Of a DNA stretch of 64,000 nucleotides, positions 9,694 to 18,559 are shown one piece after another; position 1 is the stretch's first letter; the number at the start of each line of letters is the position of its first letter. The translations under genes and the position numbers were made by a program. The notes below the pieces were generated by a model that saw only the letters and a list, made by a program, of their open reading frames with translations, was not told where the DNA came from and did not search any database. The DNA comes from a virus. Its lineage: Duplodnaviria > Heunggongvirae > Uroviricota > Caudoviricetes. The stretch lies in the IMG/VR virus record IMGVR_UViG_3300036770_004943, positions 64,001 through 128,000 of that record, one strand, 5' to 3'.

Positions 9694-10452
9694 ATGGCAA
9701 AGAAAAAAGACCTTAAAGAACAGAACCCTAAGTTTATGATAGATTTAGTTGAAATCTTAGCGGAAAATGACCCATCGGTAACAAATAAATATTTACCGTT
9801 CATGATTAAACAAGCTGAAACTTGGGTTGATTGGCTTAAAGAGGAACTTAAAACCAACACATTCAAAGAAATGTTTGATATTGTAAAAGAGTTTGAGGAT
9901 TTATCTAGTAAAAATTTATTAGATAATAAAGACATCTATTCTTACGGCTCAAATCAAGAAATTGTTGATACCATTAAATTGGCACGTGAAAAAGTAACCA
10001 AGAGTCAGGTTAAAAAATTTGAAACTATTACTTTACACGAAGACGATAGATTTTTGGTACTCCAACCATTAACTTCTCGTAGTTCAAATGTTTATGGTAA
10101 ATCAACCAAATGGTGTGTTTCTTCTGACCAAAATGATTTTAAGAAATACTTTAACCAATACACTGAGAATGGTGTTCTTGTGTTTGTGATTGACAAATCA
10201 ATCAAAGAAGAACAAACTCGTGATAACATCTTCTCTAAGGTGGCCTTCCATAACGATAAAACCAAAACAGGTCATTCAGCAACTACAATTTGGGATTCAA
10301 AAGATGTTCAAGTTTCAGCTGTAGGTATGATGGAGTTGATGGAAATTATACCACAGGATGTAATGAAAGTGGTTAACACAACTCTTAAAGGTAAGACCAA
10401 TAAGGAACTTGCCAAAGAGAGAGGCATTAAAGATGATATCTACAAAGGGTAA
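9694..10452 (+). CDS. DPS..KY/YG..T.WC family protein, early leaderless copy
   Basis: NDPSVTNKYLPFM and VYGKSTKWCVSS are shared with ORFs 29769, 50084, 58880 and 61454. Confidence 0.75.
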   Translation: MAKKKDLKEQNPKFMIDLVEILAENDPSVTNKYLPFMIKQAETWVDWLKEELKTNTFKEMFDIVKEFEDLSSKNLLDNKDIYSYGSNQEIVDTIKLAREKVTKSQVKKFETITLHEDDRFLVLQPLTSRSSNVYGKSTKWCVSSDQNDFKKYFNQYTENGVLVFVIDKSIKEEQTRDNIFSKVAFHNDKTKTGHSATTIWDSKDVQVSAVGMMELMEIIPQDVMKVVNTTLKGKTNKELAKERGIKDDIYKG

Positions 10453-10468
10453 TCTTTAATCTTGATAG

Positions 10469-10834
10469 ATGGGAAGTATTTACAAAATTACTTCCCATTT
10501 TTATTTTTACCTTGTGATTAAAAAGAAAATAAAAAAACATCATCTTACTTATACGGAGGAGAGCCATTTGTTGGATATACCACACTTTGACTTAACCGAA
10601 GGAGCCACGATTGGTTACACTATTGCCCAAAACCTCACGATAGAAAACGTGGTAAATAATTGGCGGGTTAATTTAGGTGGGGAAGAAAGACTTCATTTAG
10701 ACTCAAATGGTGATATGAGAATAACTGGTGTGATGAAAGCATTAGGTTCGGTTAGATGGAATCAAGAGTTTCAAATACTACAATTTTGGGATGGGAACTC
10801 TTGGGTAAATTTAGTCAGCCAAGGCATCGTTTAA
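10469..10834 (+). CDS. hypothetical protein
   Basis: ORF follows 9694; start position uncertain. Confidence 0.4.
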   Translation: MGSIYKITSHFYFYLVIKKKIKKHHLTYTEESHLLDIPHFDLTEGATIGYTIAQNLTIENVVNNWRVNLGGEERLHLDSNGDMRITGVMKALGSVRWNQEFQILQFWDGNSWVNLVSQGIV

Positions 10835-11134
10835 AAACTGTCTAATTGTCCTTCTAACAATTGGTTCGGGGATGTTTGAAAAATCTTCTGAAATTTCAAA
10901 ATAAATTTTATTCACCAAATACTTCTTATGGTCTTCAATAAATCTAGGTTTATCATCGACAATAATATATTTTTTGTTTGGGAAAATGTCGTGGGTTGAC
11001 GGAAATTCCCATACACGATATTCTTTGATTAAAAAATTCATCAAACCTTTACTAATACCACCCAAATATAAAGGGTCAACCCAACTATAATCTTCTTCGG
11101 ATTCTTTTAATATTTTTTTAATTAATTTTCTCAC
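10811..11134 (-). CDS. late hypothetical protein with LKE leader
   Basis: MRKLIKKILKE|SEEDYSWV; late motif at 11138-11147. Confidence 0.65.
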   Translation of the reverse strand: MRKLIKKILKESEEDYSWVDPLYLGGISKGLMNFLIKEYRVWEFPSTHDIFPNKKYIIVDDKPRFIEDHKKYLVNKIYFEISEDFSNIPEPIVRRTIRQFLNDALAD

Positions 11135-11173
11135 ATTTATAAATATCCAATAAATTATGTTTATATTTGTGTT

Positions 11174-11410
11174 ATGAAATTTAAATCTTTAAAAGAACAG
11201 TATACTGAAATGATGGGTAATAAAATATCTGTTAGTCTTGAGGATTTAACGGATAATGAAAAAACCCTTATTGAGGCCGGATTTGATTTATTTTCCGAAA
11301 AAATGGAAGATATTAAAATTCTTAACGATGAAATTAGAAGAATTTCAATTGAATTAGCTAATTTAAAATCTTTTAATGAAGATTTGTTTAAAGATAGTGA
11401 TGAAGATTAA
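11174..11410 (+). CDS. early hypothetical protein
   Basis: TATATTTG at 11162-11169 immediately upstream. Confidence 0.6.
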   Translation: MKFKSLKEQYTEMMGNKISVSLEDLTDNEKTLIEAGFDLFSEKMEDIKILNDEIRRISIELANLKSFNEDLFKDSDED

Positions 11411-12099
11411 TTGACAATATATTTACCACCTTTGGATAAATTATCCTTTTCCCATAACGGTTGAAGATTATTTAATGACCAACAATCTTGAAAGTCTTTA
11501 TCGGTTGGTTCTTTAATATTAAAAGAAACCATTGGTTTAATGTGGTCGACATGCCATTGTCCATAGTTTTCCCAAGTCATATCTTTTACGAATTTAGATT
11601 CTAAATGTTTAATTAGTTCTTCCAAAGTATAAGGCAGTAAATCAAAAGTATTTTTATACTTATCGACATTTCTTTCTTTTAAACAAGTGTAGATGGCAGT
11701 TCTGGTATAACAAGCCAGTTTATAAGCCGGGTCAGAATCTTTTTTGGTTTTTTCGTAATGTCTTTTATATTCGTTTAATAATTCACGATTTTCTTCACGC
11801 CATTTAGCATGATATTCACGTAAATGATTACGGTTTTTTTCGGACCATATTTTGTGGTATCCGGATAATTTTTCTTTATTTTTATCTCTCCATTTTTTAT
11901 CAGCAATTTCTTTACCACCAGTCCATTTACGACCAGAGGGACCTAATTTAACACCTTTATTTTTAAAATTTCTTAAAATAATTGATTTATGGAACCCAAA
12001 CCTATCGGATAATGAAGGTGTACCGACATATTCATCGTTGTACAATCTTATCATTTCATTTAACACATCTTCTGGTATTTCTATTTTTTTCTTTCCCAT
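11407..12099 (-). CDS. free-standing HNH homing endonuclease
   Basis: WHVDHIKP...CWSLNNLQPLWEKDNLSK; basic repetitive N-terminus; own late motif at 12104-12112. Confidence 0.8.
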   Translation of the reverse strand: MGKKKIEIPEDVLNEMIRLYNDEYVGTPSLSDRFGFHKSIILRNFKNKGVKLGPSGRKWTGGKEIADKKWRDKNKEKLSGYHKIWSEKNRNHLREYHAKWREENRELLNEYKRHYEKTKKDSDPAYKLACYTRTAIYTCLKERNVDKYKNTFDLLPYTLEELIKHLESKFVKDMTWENYGQWHVDHIKPMVSFNIKEPTDKDFQDCWSLNNLQPLWEKDNLSKGGKYIVN

Positions 12100-12144
12100 A
12101 TAATATAAATATACCCGTATTACATATTATTGTAAATGGATTAT

Positions 12145-12172
12145 AAAAAAAGAGGGACTTAGTCCCTCTTTT
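12145..12172 (-). terminator. intrinsic terminator after the major capsid gene
   Basis: aaaagagggac-tta-gtccctctttt hairpin with a T tract on the minus strand. Confidence 0.8.
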
Positions 12173-12192
12173 CTATTATTTAAGATTACTTA

Positions 12193-13980
12193 TTAACGTA
12201 ATTCTCTAACGTCAAAAGTTCTCAATCCGTCTACTCTGATATGGCCGTAAAAGCGGTTGTTCACCATTTTTTTGGCGTAACGAGTCATGATACCTTTTAC
12301 AGGTACGAAGTTGAACGGATTGTACATTGTAGGAGTTAACTGCATCGGTACGTATGGAGCGTAGATGTAGCCAGTGTCTAACAATGACTTACCTTTGTGT
12401 CCAATGATAATTGAGTATGCTGGAGCGTAAGGGTCACGGTATACAGTGTAACGACCACTTAATGAACCTACTCTTTCAATACCCATGTTATACTGATCTT
12501 GTTCAGGAGCCGCGTTAGATACGTGGAAGTATTCTAAATCATCAAATACTGCTGATACTTCAGAAGATACAACTACGAAGTTAGCACCACCTCTTAAAGT
12601 TGATTTGTGAATTTGAGCTGAGATTTGGTTGATAGCGGTCATCAAAGTCTGATTCCAATCTTTTTGAGTGTAAGCAGTTGATTGAGGTAAACGCTTCCAT
12701 CCGTTGTAATCCCAACGTAATTGCCATGCTGCACCTTTTCTTAAGTCGATTAGGATTTCACGGTCAATTTCAGCCGCAACTTGTTCTGATAACAATGCTG
12801 TTAATTCAGCTTCAGCATCAATGTTGTGGAATGCACTAACGTCTTGTGCTAATTCAGGAGTCCATGTTGCTCTCAATTTTCTTTCAGTAACAGATACAGT
12901 TACAGATTGAAGTTCGAAAGAAACTTCACCCATTGCTGATTCAGCTTCAAGGTCAGAATATCTTCTCCAAGTTACTAACGGAGCAGAATCACAAATTGTT
13001 GTTCCAGTGTAGTCAGCACCGATGTAACCATCGAATGTATTAGCTCCACAAGAAACACAAACTGGGTGAGTTAAATCCAATTCAATATAAAGTTTTCCGT
13101 TAGGAGAACAAATATCACTGTATTGAACCATTGCTTTACCATATTTTTGTGTTACAACACGGAAAGGAATTGAGTCACCTGTAGCGAAAATAGTTTGACC
13201 GTTTGGATCTAAAACATCAGCTTGAGCAACTACAGTTAAAGATGCTAAGAAAGTCTCAGTATCCATTTCATTACCATCTGGAGTTGATAAACGACCAGCA
13301 TCGATAGATGAGAAACCGTTTAACTCAATGATTTGATGACGTAAAGAACCATCAGAAGCTGCTGGAGCTTTACCATCCATAAATTCCATACCATTTGTAC
13401 AAGCTGTCCAAGTTACACACTTAGCTGTATCATCAACAACTAATGTAATTTCACCTTTTGATTGATCGTACATTCCGTCATTGTAGAAAGCGTCATAAAG
13501 ATTCTTTAAACAATTGCTGTAAGTTGTAGGATCACATTCACTGATACAAGTCGCGATAAGTGGTTGTCCGTGTTTAGATGTACCACCGTTAACACCGTCG
13601 TTAAAATTAGTATCGTTTATTCTTTCAGAATACTTAGGAATGAAATAAAACAATTTACCGATAGGTAAATTTAAAGCCTGTACAGAAACGATGTCGTTAG
13701 CTAATAATTTAGAGAAAACACGTCTTACGATAGGAAACACAACTGTTTCGAAAGAACCAGAAGAACTAGCTTGTGATCCAACACCACCAGCTGTAGTAGT
13801 TTCGTTAATAAGAATTGACGCTTGATTTTCATATAACAAAGCGATGTTTTCTTTAATGTGGCCTTCAAGACCCTCTAGAAATCCTAATGATTCCCATTTG
13901 TTTACGGTTGCCTCACGGATTGCTTTTTGGTGTTTTAACCCGATGTTTCCAACCTCACCTGATTTTAATAGATATCCCAT
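12193..13980 (-). CDS. major capsid protein (T4 gp23-like)
   Basis: WESLGFLEGL, FPIVRRVF, RKLRATWTPELAQD, AEIDREI, GYIYAPYVP, GIMTRYA. Confidence 0.95.
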   Translation of the reverse strand: MGYLLKSGEVGNIGLKHQKAIREATVNKWESLGFLEGLEGHIKENIALLYENQASILINETTTAGGVGSQASSSGSFETVVFPIVRRVFSKLLANDIVSVQALNLPIGKLFYFIPKYSERINDTNFNDGVNGGTSKHGQPLIATCISECDPTTYSNCLKNLYDAFYNDGMYDQSKGEITLVVDDTAKCVTWTACTNGMEFMDGKAPAASDGSLRHQIIELNGFSSIDAGRLSTPDGNEMDTETFLASLTVVAQADVLDPNGQTIFATGDSIPFRVVTQKYGKAMVQYSDICSPNGKLYIELDLTHPVCVSCGANTFDGYIGADYTGTTICDSAPLVTWRRYSDLEAESAMGEVSFELQSVTVSVTERKLRATWTPELAQDVSAFHNIDAEAELTALLSEQVAAEIDREILIDLRKGAAWQLRWDYNGWKRLPQSTAYTQKDWNQTLMTAINQISAQIHKSTLRGGANFVVVSSEVSAVFDDLEYFHVSNAAPEQDQYNMGIERVGSLSGRYTVYRDPYAPAYSIIIGHKGKSLLDTGYIYAPYVPMQLTPTMYNPFNFVPVKGIMTRYAKKMVNNRFYGHIRVDGLRTFDVRELR

Positions 13981-14010
13981 TTTTATTTGTTTTTGTTTTT
14001 TTGTTATTTA

Positions 14011-15465
14011 TTATTTTTTATATGAGTACTCCCAAAGTTTTTTCATGTTTTGTAACTCAGGGTGTACAAATACGCTTGATTCATTGATTTGTGCTCCACT
14101 TGAAGCGGTTTTATTGATTTTCTCATCGATAGATTCCTTAATAGGTGTTTTACCGTTTGAGTATTCTTTAACAAGTTGTTTATAAATTGATTGAGACTCT
14201 TTTAAATCTTTAGCGGAATCTAATCTTTTTAAAATGTCTTGTTTTTCTTCTTTAGTGGTAGAGTTTTCAGTGAACAATCTTACAGCGTAAGTAAGATTGC
14301 TATTAAATACAGCCACTTCTTGAAGTTTCTTTCTGAATTGTTTAAGAGCGTCAACCATTTTTTCTTGAGTTTCTTTTAATTCAGTATTTTCATTTTCAAT
14401 AGAAGTAAGTTTTGTATTTAAATTTGTATTTTCTTTGATGAGTTTTGTGATTTGTGGAGTTGTCGATTCACCAACGTACAAATGTCTTGGTGCCGCTTTT
14501 GGTTTATCCAACCCTTTACGACCAAATCTTCTACCTGCACCCAAAGTACGAGACATGTAAGACATTTCATCTTCATCGTCTTGTTTACCCATTGATTTTT
14601 CTATAGCCATACCTCTTTTCTTTTCATAAGAAGAGATGTCATGGTCTTTATTTAAATCAGCTTTTTCTGGGTGTTTTAAACCACTTTTTTTGTAGTTCAT
14701 GTAAGAAGACATATCATCTTCAGAATCCATATAATCCATGTGATCTTCAGAATCCATATAATCCATGTAATCCTCATCTACAACAATTTCATAGATAACT
14801 TCACCAGAATCTTCAACACCCTCTTCAATTTCACCAGCTTCAACGCTAGTAACACCTCCAGTTGGGTTCATTTCGATTCTGTATTCAGAACCAGATTTGT
14901 TATCTTTTAAAGTGACCATACCATTGTCATTAACAACTTCAATTTCATCTTCAGGTCCCATTTTCTTAAAAACGGAAATCACATCAGGTAATTTATGATT
15001 TGTAAGGTCTTGAACCTCAACATCACCAGTTGTATCCATGCCCATGTCAAAGTCTAAATCCATTTCACCTTCTTCAGATTCATCACCTAAATCAAGATCC
15101 ATGTCTTCAGATTCGTCACCTAAGTCGATATCTAAATCTTCTTCTTCACCTTCACCCTCTTCAGTGTCAAAGTCTAAATCCATTTCACCTTCTTCAGATT
15201 CATCACCTAAATCAAGATCCATGTCTTCTTCCTCTTCATCTTCTTCAGTGTCAAGGTCGAGGTCAAGGTCTTCACCTTCCTCTTCTTCCTCTTCTTCTTT
15301 CAATCTTTTCGAACCAGTTAATGATTCCTTTACCATTTCTTCAATTTCTGAACTCATTGTTTGAGTCAGTATTTCTTTTGCGTTAGATTTGAAAGCGGCG
15401 TCGATTTGTTCAGCCTCTAAAAGAGCTTCCTCAATAATTGATTTCTTTTCGTTTGCCATTTTCAT
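14011..15465 (-). CDS. prohead core/scaffolding protein, highly acidic
   Basis: Directly upstream of MCP; D/E-rich middle region and coiled-coil C-terminus (LQEVAVFNSNLTY). Confidence 0.75.
   Translation of the reverse strand: MKMANEKKSIIEEALLEAEQIDAAFKSNAKEILTQTMSSEIEEMVKESLTGSKRLKEEEEEEEGEDLDLDLDTEEDEEEEDMDLDLGDESEEGEMDLDFDTEEGEGEEEDLDIDLGDESEDMDLDLGDESEEGEMDLDFDMGMDTTGDVEVQDLTNHKLPDVISVFKKMGPEDEIEVVNDNGMVTLKDNKSGSEYRIEMNPTGGVTSVEAGEIEEGVEDSGEVIYEIVVDEDYMDYMDSEDHMDYMDSEDDMSSYMNYKKSGLKHPEKADLNKDHDISSYEKKRGMAIEKSMGKQDDEDEMSYMSRTLGAGRRFGRKGLDKPKAAPRHLYVGESTTPQITKLIKENTNLNTKLTSIENENTELKETQEKMVDALKQFRKKLQEVAVFNSNLTYAVRLFTENSTTKEEKQDILKRLDSAKDLKESQSIYKQLVKEYSNGKTPIKESIDEKINKTASSGAQINESSVFVHPELQNMKKLWEYSYKK
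15045..15228. repeat. 64-bp direct repeat (15045-15108 and 15165-15228) in the scaffold gene
   Basis: Identical copies encoding EDMDLDLGDESEEGEMDLDFD. Confidence 0.85.
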
Positions 15466-15601
15466 TTTTTTAATTTAACGAATTATAGAATCCTGCATGT
15501 GTATGCAAGATTTTTAAATAAATATGTTTGCCTACAGCAAAGTGCGAGAAGTCAAGATAAAAAATGTAAAAAATTTAATTAAAAAATTAGATATTTATTA
15601 A

Positions 15602-16081
15602 TTGATGAAAGAAAGTATTAAAAAAATACTCAGAGAATACACTGAAAAATGGTCAAATCACCATGATTTTATGAAAAAGGTTGATTATGCACAGGAAAAA
15701 GCGATAGAGGATTCAGATTTTCCTGCTGAAACAGAAAAAATTGACCACATGAAAAATAAAATTAAAAAAAGAGTAGAAAAAGCTTACAAAGAGGTTACTG
15801 GTAAGGAACCTGTGAGTGATGATAATATTATTGTTAAAGTTGATGATAATATTAAAGCCGGTAAAATAGGATCATTCAAACACCCAGAAAGTAAAAAAGA
15901 CCTCGGGATTATGAAAGTACACCCCAAGGCCTTAAATGATATTAGTTATGTTGAGGACATAATTAAACACGAGTTAATTCATGCCGCTCATGGATTAGAA
16001 GACGAAGAAGCTAGAAACCACGGAGGTGTCTTTCAACAAGTCGCCGATAAAGTGGGTTTACCCAAAAAATATCGCCGTTAA
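15602..16081 (+). CDS. SprT-like zinc metalloprotease with LRE leader
   Basis: IIKHELIHAAH (HExxH) plus downstream HGGVF; MMKESIKKILRE; late motif at 15590-15599. Confidence 0.7.
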   Translation: MMKESIKKILREYTEKWSNHHDFMKKVDYAQEKAIEDSDFPAETEKIDHMKNKIKKRVEKAYKEVTGKEPVSDDNIIVKVDDNIKAGKIGSFKHPESKKDLGIMKVHPKALNDISYVEDIIKHELIHAAHGLEDEEARNHGGVFQQVADKVGLPKKYRR

Positions 16082-16311
16082 GTTTTAACAGGAACTTCAA
16101 TTACATCTTCGATTGGACTTTTAGTTGTACTTACAATTTCATAATCCATTACAGAATCTTTTAAATAAGTACGTGTACGAGCCTCAGCCTCAGTACAAGT
16201 CATTGCATCCACAAGGTACTGTGTTTTAATTTTTTTCATCTTACCATTACTTTCGTTGATGGTTTCAAATTCTACTTTTACTAAAAAGTATTTTGCTACG
16301 TTGTTATCCAT
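16078..16311 (-). CDS. DUF4494-like protein
   Basis: YFLVKV...KKIKTQYLVDAMTCTEAEAR resembles the Bacteroidota DUF4494 family. Confidence 0.65.
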   Translation of the reverse strand: MDNNVAKYFLVKVEFETINESNGKMKKIKTQYLVDAMTCTEAEARTRTYLKDSVMDYEIVSTTKSPIEDVIEVPVKT

Positions 16312-16403
16312 TTTTAAATTATTTTAAATCGTTATATAGTAATTTTATACAAAAAAAGGGGATATGTAAACTACAATCCCCTTTCTATTAACTAATTTAA
16401 AAA

Positions 16404-16937
16404 TTATTTTATCTGAAATGTTTGAGCAACTGTTGCTTTGTAATAAAAAGGTCCCCCACCTTTAAATAATTCATTACCAAAAATGATATTATTCTTTTTG
16501 ATTAAATTCTTGAGTTCGACATGAACAGCACCGTATTTATCATCCGATAACATAATTTTATTATGACTTTTACTAAGATACCAACCATAAACTGTTTGAG
16601 TAGCACAAAAAATGTTAAAATCTTTTATAACATCTTCGTAAAATAGATTATAATATTTTTTAATAAAAATTTTATATCCATCAGTTATTAAAAAACCATT
16701 ACCATACGCAACATTTTCCGAATAGGTATAACCATGACTATGGTAGATACTATCATTCATAATCATATTATTAGAATGTTTTACACAATTTTTGTAAAGT
16801 TCATCGGACCAAACTAAACCGTTTTTACCATTTTTAATACGATATTGGTTTATATAACCAAAAGTTAAAGAGTCTAAATTCTGACTAAACAAAAATGTGT
16901 TAACAAAAACAAATATAATTGTTATAAGATTTTTCAT
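16404..16937 (-). CDS. secreted CAP/SCP-domain protein (start corrected to MKNLITII)
   Basis: Signal peptide; INQYRIKNG..L.W...HSNNM..HSH..ENVA..W..S..H..IML pattern; TATATTTG promoter on the minus strand at 16942-16949. Confidence 0.65.
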   Translation of the reverse strand: MKNLITIIFVFVNTFLFSQNLDSLTFGYINQYRIKNGKNGLVWSDELYKNCVKHSNNMIMNDSIYHSHGYTYSENVAYGNGFLITDGYKIFIKKYYNLFYEDVIKDFNIFCATQTVYGWYLSKSHNKIMLSDDKYGAVHVELKNLIKKNNIIFGNELFKGGGPFYYKATVAQTFQIK

Positions 16938-16985
16938 AAAACAAATATACAAAAAAACCACCAATAAAGGTGGTTTTATAAAAAA

Positions 16986-18500
16986 TTATTGATGACTAAA
17001 ATCTAAAAATTTTGCTATTTTTTTCTGAGAGAAACGAGGACAATCAACCTTACTACACTTCTTTTTAAATTTCTTTTTAATTAAAGGTTTGTGTTTTGGG
17101 TTTCTTTTAACTTTAACATGAGTGTGTTTAATTTTTTTATCTATGGTTTTAACCAAAGTATAAGTATTCTTCTCAATGACTTTCATTTCTGGCTCTATGG
17201 AACCAATTATAGTGTCTTGATAAGTTGCGTTAATTGTTATTTTAACGTATCTATAAGGTGCTGTTTCTTTACGTGCTAATTCTCTTTCAGATTTAGACAT
17301 TGTTTTGTTATAAAGGTTTGGTCCTTGGTCAGGTTTAACATTTACACTTACACTATCAACATCAGTAAAGTATTTAGAAACACTTTCAGCTCTTAATTCA
17401 GCTAATTTTTGATTACCCATTTTAATAGGTTCTCTATCTGTTGAAGATTCTATCATGACAGATTCTATTTGACCACCCACTTGTTCAATTGAATCTTTTA
17501 TAGCTTGGAGAGATTCAATACCTTCTGGTGATAATTGATATCCACCAGTAACAAACATACCGTCACTATTAAGACTAAAATCTAAAGATTCTGTATAAAC
17601 TATTACTGTGTCATTACCTTTTAATGTATCACTAGTTGTTTCAACACCGGTTAAAGCATAACCTTGTTTTAGTTTTGAAGCTAATTGCTTATCATCTTTA
17701 ACTTTTACTGTTGAAGTAACCCTGCCGTGTCTACCTTCTAGATTTTCTAAAGCTTTATCAGCATTTTTAAAAATTTTATCTTTTACTTCAGGTGATAAAT
17801 TTTTTGTAATCTTATTTAAAGTCGAAGTATCTTGAAGAGTTGATTCTATTTTATTTTTAACGTCTTCTTTAGATATCACATTTTTTGCTGTTTGTGCCTG
17901 ACTTTGATTCAACCCAACACCAGTTAATAAAGCAATACCTAAAAGAACGTCTTTCCACCCTTCAGTTAATAGGGTTTCGTTTAACTGTTGTTCTGTTAAA
18001 TTTACTTTAAAAAAAAAAGATTCGTCTAAATCTCTTGGGGTTGGTCTACCACCTCTAAGGTTACCTAAATTTTTCTTTTCAAAATTAATAATAACTTTTG
18101 ATAAGTTTTTCATAGGCCCTTCTACTTGGGAAAGAAAATCGTCGATACCCGTTTTTAATTCATCATCAATAACAGATTCAGAACCGATTTCATTTAAATG
18201 GTTTAAAATTTCAGATAAAGCATTGTAAGAACCTTTTAAATGACCTGCTTGACCGCCGGCATACATTGCAAACATTGAAGGATCATCGTAACCACCAACC
18301 TCATTTATAGTATTTTCTTTGATGTTTTGTTTTTTCTTAACATCTAAAACACATCTTTCGTATTTTTCTTTTTGGGATTTGGTCCAGTCACTCCTTTCGG
18401 TAGAACCTATTTTTTCACCAATACTCGCTGTACAAACGGCCCAAGGATTAACTTTTTTACCTCTCTTTTTAGCTTCCAATATTAATTTATCTATATTCAT
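16986..18500 (-). CDS. multi-module late protein with hydrophobic segment and OmpA-like C-terminal domain
   Basis: FVTGGYQLS...IESSTD...NQKLAELRAESVSKYF (OmpA_C-like); several [IL]xE junctions. Confidence 0.6.
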   Translation of the reverse strand: MNIDKLILEAKKRGKKVNPWAVCTASIGEKIGSTERSDWTKSQKEKYERCVLDVKKKQNIKENTINEVGGYDDPSMFAMYAGGQAGHLKGSYNALSEILNHLNEIGSESVIDDELKTGIDDFLSQVEGPMKNLSKVIINFEKKNLGNLRGGRPTPRDLDESFFFKVNLTEQQLNETLLTEGWKDVLLGIALLTGVGLNQSQAQTAKNVISKEDVKNKIESTLQDTSTLNKITKNLSPEVKDKIFKNADKALENLEGRHGRVTSTVKVKDDKQLASKLKQGYALTGVETTSDTLKGNDTVIVYTESLDFSLNSDGMFVTGGYQLSPEGIESLQAIKDSIEQVGGQIESVMIESSTDREPIKMGNQKLAELRAESVSKYFTDVDSVSVNVKPDQGPNLYNKTMSKSERELARKETAPYRYVKITINATYQDTIIGSIEPEMKVIEKNTYTLVKTIDKKIKHTHVKVKRNPKHKPLIKKKFKKKCSKVDCPRFSQKKIAKFLDFSHQ

Positions 18501-18559
18501 TTTTTCTGATCTTTTGCTGCTTGCTAAGCTGCTTTTGCAAAAGCGCAGCTGCGCAATTT

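Noticed and set aside
14690-15300. CRISPR-like repeats in the scaffold gene (also 26036-26220 and 34966-35919)
   Set aside because: The repeats are in frame and encode low-complexity peptides; there is no regular repeat-spacer periodicity and no cas gene.
15030-15386. Ser-rich or Leu/His-rich + strand ORFs (also 36955-37242, 13844-14185, 33724-34023 and similar)
   Set aside because: They are antisense shadows of acidic minus-strand genes, with no promoter or RBS.
18009-18018. Programmed frameshift or phase-variable tract at the 10-nt A run
   Set aside because: The ORF is in frame as assembled and such runs are common in this AT-rich genome; it is kept only as a caveat for the polyprotein finding.
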